Shown here: positions 14,983 through 20,000 of the stretch, one piece after another
How positions within the stretch are numbered: position 1 is the stretch's first letter
Layout: each line of letters begins with the position of its first letter
IMG/VR virus record: IMGVR_UViG_3300032167_000097
DNA: 20,000 nucleotides
Origin: an uncultured virus (IMG/VR IMGVR_UViG_3300032167_000097)
Taxonomy: Duplodnaviria; Heunggongvirae; Uroviricota; Caudoviricetes
Reading direction: 5' to 3' (one strand)
Position numbers and translations under genes: made by a program
Notes under the pieces: model-generated
Databases searched by the model: none
The model's input: only the letters and a program-made list of their open reading frames with translations
What the model was told of the DNA's origin: nothing

Positions 14983-15540
14983 TTATAATAAACTTTCAAT
15001 ATAGTCCATAATTTCATTAAATGTATCAAATTGTTTAATAGGAGTATCTTTCAAGATTTCCCTACCGTCATCAGAAATATTCCAGGGTCTTTTCAACATA
15101 ATTTTATGTGTGGCAATATTATCTCTAATATTATAAGGAGAATCGTCTACAAAAATAAAAGTATTATTAGGAATTTCCTTTTTTGTACTATCTACAACTA
15201 AATTCAAATGAAAATTTTCAATAGGAATATTAGGGAATTTTTCAATTAACTGTTTTAATTTAATATCTCCTAATTCTTTTCTAAATATATTAGAACAAAT
15301 ATGTACATCAGCATTTAGATTATTTATTCTATCTACACCGTCAAACCATTCAATATTTTCAAATGTTTCTTCTCTATTAAACAAATCATAAATACTATCA
15401 ATTTCTTCTTTTGTTAAATTAGGACATTCCTTAATAACAAAGGTTGTAAGTTTTTCAAGAGATATATTTAATTGATTTGTAACTCTTGTAACTAATCCCC
15501 ATAAAATATCGTCAATATCAAATACTACTATTGGTTTCAT
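14983..15540 (-). CDS. HAD-superfamily 5'(3')-deoxyribonucleotidase (NT5C-like)
   Basis: Motif I VVFDIDDIL; motif IV FVDDSPYN; C-terminal PWN. Confidence 0.85.
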   Translation of the reverse strand: MKPIVVFDIDDILWGLVTRVTNQLNISLEKLTTFVIKECPNLTKEEIDSIYDLFNREETFENIEWFDGVDRINNLNADVHICSNIFRKELGDIKLKQLIEKFPNIPIENFHLNLVVDSTKKEIPNNTFIFVDDSPYNIRDNIATHKIMLKRPWNISDDGREILKDTPIKQFDTFNEIMDYIESLL

Positions 15541-15991
15541 TTAAAGCACCCTTTCTGTGTTTTTTTATAATATGTACTAATACTTTACCAAATGGTCGAG
15601 GTGTATTATCATATTGTAAACTACCCCTTACTTGTTTTCTATTAGATTTTCTACTCACATTTTTTCTAATATGTCTGGAATTTAAGTATGTCATAATATT
15701 ATTTTTAGTATATTCTTTTCCGTGACAATTTAAAGCAAATGCGTTTCTTGATAATACTAATGCTGCTAATCCAGAATCATTTGTAATTACAATATCCCCA
15801 CATTTACAATTATTAGCAAGTGCAAAATCTGTTGAATCGTGTCCAAAATCTACAATATGTACTTTTGAATAATCACTTTCAATAATTCTCTTTGTATCAC
15901 AATAAATATGACACTCTAACTTATATTTCTTTGCAATTTGTTCTGTTGTATTTAATCGACTACAAGAGTCGCCATCAATTAAAATTCTCAT
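15518..15991 (-). CDS. YaiI/YqxD family protein (DUF188, PIN-like)
   Basis: MRILIDGDSC, DSTDFAL, GDIVITNDSGLAALVL motifs. Confidence 0.85.
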   Translation of the reverse strand: MRILIDGDSCSRLNTTEQIAKKYKLECHIYCDTKRIIESDYSKVHIVDFGHDSTDFALANNCKCGDIVITNDSGLAALVLSRNAFALNCHGKEYTKNNIMTYLNSRHIRKNVSRKSNRKQVRGSLQYDNTPRPFGKVLVHIIKKHRKGALNETNSSI

Positions 15992-16092
15992 ATATACACC
16001 GTCCTTTCTATATTTTTTTCAAATTGCCTAATATTTTTATTTATTTGTTTTATTTTTGTTATCATTTATTATCTAAATAAAGGTAACTTTTT

Positions 16093-16182
16093 TTAACTAC
16101 GATAAAACAAATCTAATAAATCATTGATGGTTAAAATAAAATCTTCATAATTAGTTGTGTTTTCATATGCAAAATCAACCAT
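16093..16182 (-). pseudogene. 29-codon ORF with strong SD; probable decayed gene
   Basis: SD AAGGGGGT then MVDFAYENTTNYEDFILTINDLLDLFYRS*, followed by about 100 bp broken by stops. Confidence 0.35.
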
Positions 16183-16195
16183 AATATTTACCCCC

Positions 16196-16396
16196 TTAAC
16201 AAGTTTCTGAAATTACAACATTAACAAAAATTAAATCATCTTTTATATTAGAATAATTATAATCAATAACTTCTTCTGCCCATTTTTCTGAATGATATAT
16301 TTTTGCTTTTCTTAATTGCTTATCCCAAGTTTTAAGTCCACAATAATATACATTATGTTTAATATCTTTAATTACTATTCCTTTGTCTGTAACCAT
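16196..16396 (-). CDS. hypothetical protein
   Basis: 66 aa; SD GAGG; WDKQLRKAKIY motif. Confidence 0.7.
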   Translation of the reverse strand: MVTDKGIVIKDIKHNVYYCGLKTWDKQLRKAKIYHSEKWAEEVIDYNYSNIKDDLIFVNVVISETC

Positions 16397-17298
16397 ATTT
16401 TTTCTGCCTCACTTTCGTCTAAAAATCTACAATGTCTGATAAAATCATTTACTCTATCTGAAATTTCTTCTAATTTATATTTTTCAGACCAAGATAATTT
16501 TTTATCTCCATATTTTTCTAATAAGGCTTGTCTTTTTAGTTCTGATTTATTTTTAAGTTCAATATATTTCTTTATTTCCTTTTCTTTTTGTTTAGTTCTC
16601 CAAATTTCTTGCTTTTCTAATCTCTTTTCCTTATTCTTTCTCGTATTGATGATAAAAGAACGATAATCTTCATAATCAGAAAAAGTAATATATTTACCAT
16701 TATTAACATCAAAACATTCAGAATTTCTTGCTAATTCATATTCATTTGCAGCAATAACAATATAAATATTTATATCAAAAGTAGTAGCATATTTTAAAAT
16801 AGTGTCAAACATTTCTTTAATCTCTACAATCGAATCAACAGAAAGTCCACTATCAACAGCGTCAAATAATAAAACTCTATCTTTTGTAGTAATGGCTTTT
16901 GTTTTTTCTTCTTCTGACCTAAATATATTTGCTAATCTATTTTTCTGATTATTAAAAAAACCTGTCTGAAAAAAGTCTTTATATAAACAACTATCTCTTG
17001 ATACATTATATTTAATACTTTCTCCCTCTGATGCAGTCATTAAATAAGCACTACCACCATAATTATTATCCCAAATTAAAGAGGAAATAGCATTTGAACC
17101 ACCGTCAGATAAAGTATTATATAAATGGCAAGGAATATTATTATTTTTACAATGTTCTTGAATGTTTAATAATAAAGTGGTTTTTCCAATACCATTACAA
17201 CCAACTAATACAGTAACTCCTTTATGTAATTCAATTTCTCTAGGTTTTGTAGGACTAAATCCTGCATCATAAGGGTCACGCCAGGTTTTTATAATCAT
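16375..17298 (-). CDS. stand-alone ABC-type P-loop ATPase (COG3910-like) with C-terminal coiled coil
   Basis: Walker A GCNGIGKTT; signature-like SEGES; Walker B VLLFD; D-loop-like SGLS. Confidence 0.85.
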   Translation of the reverse strand: MIIKTWRDPYDAGFSPTKPREIELHKGVTVLVGCNGIGKTTLLLNIQEHCKNNNIPCHLYNTLSDGGSNAISSLIWDNNYGGSAYLMTASEGESIKYNVSRDSCLYKDFFQTGFFNNQKNRLANIFRSEEEKTKAITTKDRVLLFDAVDSGLSVDSIVEIKEMFDTILKYATTFDINIYIVIAANEYELARNSECFDVNNGKYITFSDYEDYRSFIINTRKNKEKRLEKQEIWRTKQKEKEIKKYIELKNKSELKRQALLEKYGDKKLSWSEKYKLEEISDRVNDFIRHCRFLDESEAEKIWLQTKE

Positions 17299-17311
17299 AT
17301 TAACAATCTCC

Positions 17312-18286
17312 TTAATAATAATATCTATCTAAAACATTTTTTGAGGTAAAAGCCCAAGCAGTATTAGAATAATCAATATTTAAAGCGTCAATTTTATCAA
17401 TCAATTCAACAACACATTTCTTACCTAAATTACGAATACTTAATACTTTTGTAACTGTCATTTCTAAAACATCAGCAACAGTATCAATACTTGCTCTATG
17501 TAAAGCATTTACAGTTCTATTAGATAACCCAATTTGTTCAATATTAAGTGTTTTAAACTGATTTAAATAATTTATCTCATTTAACTTACCAAATGAAAAA
17601 TCATATAAATCAGGATATGTTGTTTCCATATAAGATTTTACATTATTCCAATCTTTCTTAATACGGTTTAACTCATTAATTTGATGAATTTCATTCTCAA
17701 GTGTTTCAAGTTCCTTTGATAAATTCTCCTTAATAGTATATAACTGCTTTAATTGTTCAATTTTATCAAAATAAAATAATTGCTTTAAAACTAATGGATT
17801 TCTTAACTTACGAAAGGCTCTCCATTCAATCTGTCTAATTCTCTCTCTTGTAACACCAAAATGTTTTGCTGTTTCTTCAAGAGTTTTAACACCATCTTCA
17901 CTAAATCTAATATTTAATACCTTTAATTCCCTTTCATTTAATGTAGACTTATATACTTCCCAAAATACATCTTCATCATATTCAGGAATAGCAACAATAT
18001 CAGTTAAATTAAATTCAAAAATACTCTTAATAATCTTATCTGATAAAGGCTCTGTTTCTAAATATAATTTCTTAAACTCGTCCTTATTTAAAGTGTGTAA
18101 ACTTTTTCTGATTTTATGATTAAAATTATCTCTAATAGAACGACTTAAATTTTGTGGTGTCATACCCAATTCAACTGCCATCTTATTCTGACTAATCTCG
18201 TCATTTAATACTTTATCAAACATTGTTGTTAAAACAACTAATTCATCTCTGACCTTTTTAATCTGTTCTGTATCTTTAACTGCCAT
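17312..18286 (-). CDS. HTH + sigma70 region 4 + RNA polymerase alpha-CTD fusion protein
   Basis: [19 protein letters not shown] (HTH); [41 protein letters not shown] (sigma4); [19 protein letters not shown]...[12 protein letters not shown] (alpha-CTD). Confidence 0.9.
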   Translation of the reverse strand: MAVKDTEQIKKVRDELVVLTTMFDKVLNDEISQNKMAVELGMTPQNLSRSIRDNFNHKIRKSLHTLNKDEFKKLYLETEPLSDKIIKSIFEFNLTDIVAIPEYDEDVFWEVYKSTLNERELKVLNIRFSEDGVKTLEETAKHFGVTRERIRQIEWRAFRKLRNPLVLKQLFYFDKIEQLKQLYTIKENLSKELETLENEIHQINELNRIKKDWNNVKSYMETTYPDLYDFSFGKLNEINYLNQFKTLNIEQIGLSNRTVNALHRASIDTVADVLEMTVTKVLSIRNLGKKCVVELIDKIDALNIDYSNTAWAFTSKNVLDRYYY

Positions 18287-18292
18287 AAAAAA

Positions 18293-18682
18293 TTACTCCT
18301 TTATCATCTTCATAATATATTTCATAGCGTCTTCTGTACCATTTTTCATACATACTGACATAATAAGTGCCTCATCAAATGTATCACAAATAACATTAAA
18401 TTGATTACCAATAATCACAGGCTGAAATCTTATTGTATCATCAATATGCTTACTTTTAATAGTACATATCGCAGAAATATTATCAAGAACTACAATATCT
18501 TCAATGATTGTAGAATTGCTTTTTATTCTATCTCTAAATTTTTGTTCAATCTCTACTCTTTCTGATTCTCTCTCAAATGCACCATACATACGAAGAAGTT
18601 GAAACTTTCCATTTGGTACTTCTTCATTAACACATTTCTTTATCTCATCCATAATTTCAAAATTTGCCAGTCCTGTTTTCAT
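18293..18682 (-). CDS. hypothetical protein
   Basis: 129 aa; SD AAAGGAAG; first gene after promoter at 18716-18744. Confidence 0.8.
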   Translation of the reverse strand: MKTGLANFEIMDEIKKCVNEEVPNGKFQLLRMYGAFERESERVEIEQKFRDRIKSNSTIIEDIVVLDNISAICTIKSKHIDDTIRFQPVIIGNQFNVICDTFDEALIMSVCMKNGTEDAMKYIMKMIKE

Positions 18683-18715
18683 TAAAACACACTTCCTTTC
18701 TATCTTTATATAAAT

Positions 18716-18744
18716 ATCATACCAAAAATTTATAAATTTGTAAA
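18716..18744 (-). promoter_or_regulatory. sigma-A-type promoter P5
   Basis: TTTACA (18744-18739), 17 bp spacer, TATGAT (18721-18716) preceded by TGG. Confidence 0.8.
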
Positions 18745-18745
18745 C

Positions 18746-18786
18746 AAAAAATACTAAAATGTCAAGAAAAACATTCTAGTATTTTT
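18746..18786 (-). terminator. intrinsic terminator abutting the P5 -35 box
   Basis: TACTAGAATGT / ACATTTTAGTA stem (one G.U on minus strand) followed by TTTTTT. Confidence 0.75.
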
Positions 18787-18794
18787 AAAATTTT

Positions 18795-19049
18795 TTAAAA
18801 TTTAGTTGATTCACATATTAAAGGAGTTCCATTTACTGATACATCACAAGTTCCAAAAAATCTTGTATTAACAACAACCTTTAAAATTTCTTTTGTTTCT
18901 AATGTCAATTCAAATTCAATATTTTTATCATATTCTGTGTGTTCAGCACAAAATCTATTATTAACAATTACTACGGTTTTTGTATTATCACATTCTATAA
19001 CAATTTTATAATCTTTATATGTATAATGCCATTCAGTTTTTACAATCAT
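18795..19049 (-). CDS. hypothetical beta-rich protein
   Basis: 84 aa; SD GGGAG. Confidence 0.7.
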   Translation of the reverse strand: MIVKTEWHYTYKDYKIVIECDNTKTVVIVNNRFCAEHTEYDKNIEFELTLETKEILKVVVNTRFFGTCDVSVNGTPLICESTKF

Positions 19050-19052
19050 AAT

Positions 19053-19679
19053 TTAAAACTCCCAAATTCGATGACCGTCTTCTCTTTTATTAGCAAAGTC
19101 AATAATAAATTGATTTAGTCCGTCTTCATAATCTTCTAAAAATCTCATTCCTTGACTACTAAATTTGAAATATTGTGCATCTTCATCCCAAATTAATCTA
19201 CCAATAGAATAACAATATTCTGTACTAATTTTCTTTTTACCTGTACGACCATCAATAACTTCTCTTGGTTCAGTATGTACCCATTTAACTAAATCATATT
19301 CATTAGGACAATCTCTACCGTCTACAAAGACTGGTTTTCTAAATTCAAAATCACCCCAAGAATCAAAACCTAAATCACTTATAGGATTTCCGTCAAATTC
19401 AAATCTTTCCATTAAATCCTTAATAAGACCAATTCCGTCTTTATATCCTTGTTTTGTAGTTTTAGATAAAGAAAGTCTAGTATGTTTATTTTCTAAATGT
19501 TTAATTAAACTATCTAAAGTTACATTTTCTTTTAAAAAGAATTTCTTTACATCTTCATAAAGATATGCCATACCCTCTGATAATTCAACATCTCCGTCAT
19601 AAAGTGGATTAAACACCTCTAATTCGTGTTCAATCATTTCAATTATATAATTCTTTTTATCCCTTAATGTCATTACCAT
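19053..19679 (-). CDS. hypothetical protein
   Basis: 208 aa; SD AAAGGA. Confidence 0.8.
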   Translation of the reverse strand: MVMTLRDKKNYIIEMIEHELEVFNPLYDGDVELSEGMAYLYEDVKKFFLKENVTLDSLIKHLENKHTRLSLSKTTKQGYKDGIGLIKDLMERFEFDGNPISDLGFDSWGDFEFRKPVFVDGRDCPNEYDLVKWVHTEPREVIDGRTGKKKISTEYCYSIGRLIWDEDAQYFKFSSQGMRFLEDYEDGLNQFIIDFANKREDGHRIWEF

Positions 19680-20000
19680 CTTGTAAGTCCTTTCTTATTT
19701 TCATAAGTCTACTACAAAATTCTTGTCTAGTTAAAACTGTTTCATTTATTTTATTTTTACCAATAGAATGAGTTAAATTAGAATTACCTGTTGCTAACAA
19801 GGCTTTCTTAAATCCGTCATTTTTACTCAATTCTGTATAGGCTCTATCTAATAAATGTTGATATTCTTCACTATCTCTTTTATATTCAACACCTTGCCAA
19901 TATAATGTCTGTGTTCTATACCATTTCTTTTTCTTACCTTTAAATTTTGCAGCCTTTCCAACTAATTGACATACTTGTTTTTGCATTTTATTTTTTTTGA
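19657..20000 (-). CDS. T4 gp30.3-like NADAR family protein (5' partial)
   Basis: QTLYWQGVEYKRDS...FKKALLATG..LTHSIG...TVLT..EF motifs; frame open to window edge. Confidence 0.75.
   Translation of the reverse strand, partial: KKNKMQKQVCQLVGKAAKFKGKKKKWYRTQTLYWQGVEYKRDSEEYQHLLDRAYTELSKNDGFKKALLATGNSNLTHSIGKNKINETVLTRQEFCSRLMKIRKDLQDGNDIKG

Noticed and set aside
1209..16666. Plus-strand ORFs (1209, 1988, 4430, 6977, 8560, 9124, 9647, 9861, 13728, 15531, 15892, 16316)
   Set aside because: Antisense shadows of well-supported minus-strand genes; biased composition (rich in F, S, I, L) and no convincing SD
17312..18286. Annotation as sigA/rpoD or rpoA
   Set aside because: Lacks sigma region 2 and the alpha N-terminal domain
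1..20000. TAG or TGA stop-codon reassignment, suggested by many short ORFs and a possible CUA loop
   Set aside because: Genes tile tightly under code 11 with their own SDs, and TAG stops at 2953 and 11162 overlap the next gene's SD. Recoding elsewhere in the genome is not excluded
1..20000. CRISPR array, integrase or IS element
   Set aside because: No regularly spaced direct repeats and no recombinase or transposase motifs seen

Overview
Very AT-rich, gene-dense window. About 60 short CDSs all lie on the minus strand, mostly with Firmicutes-type SD sites (AAGGAG/AGGAGA). This fits the early/accessory region of a large tailed phage of a Clostridia-like host (inference; no structural or replication genes are present). 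Five similar sigma-A-type promoters (TT[T/G]ACA-N17-TAT[G/T/A][A/T]T with extended -10) divide the window, and four of them directly follow an intrinsic terminator. Recognisable proteins: ASCH domain, stand-alone S3-like KH-II domain, HAD 5'(3')-deoxyribonucleotidase, YaiI/YqxD, an ABC-type ATPase with altered catalytic residues, an HTH + sigma70-region-4 + alpha-CTD fusion, and a partial T4 gp30.3-like NADAR. The most striking element is 11935-12736, a tandem array of four tRNA-like RNAs. They have intact acceptor stems and T arms but remodelled anticodon/variable regions, and two carry a second internal T-loop arm. Two of the spacers are structured and have complementary (kissing) loops. A separate pseudoknotted intergenic RNA candidate lies at about 5156-5242. 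All structures were paired by eye and no database searches were run.
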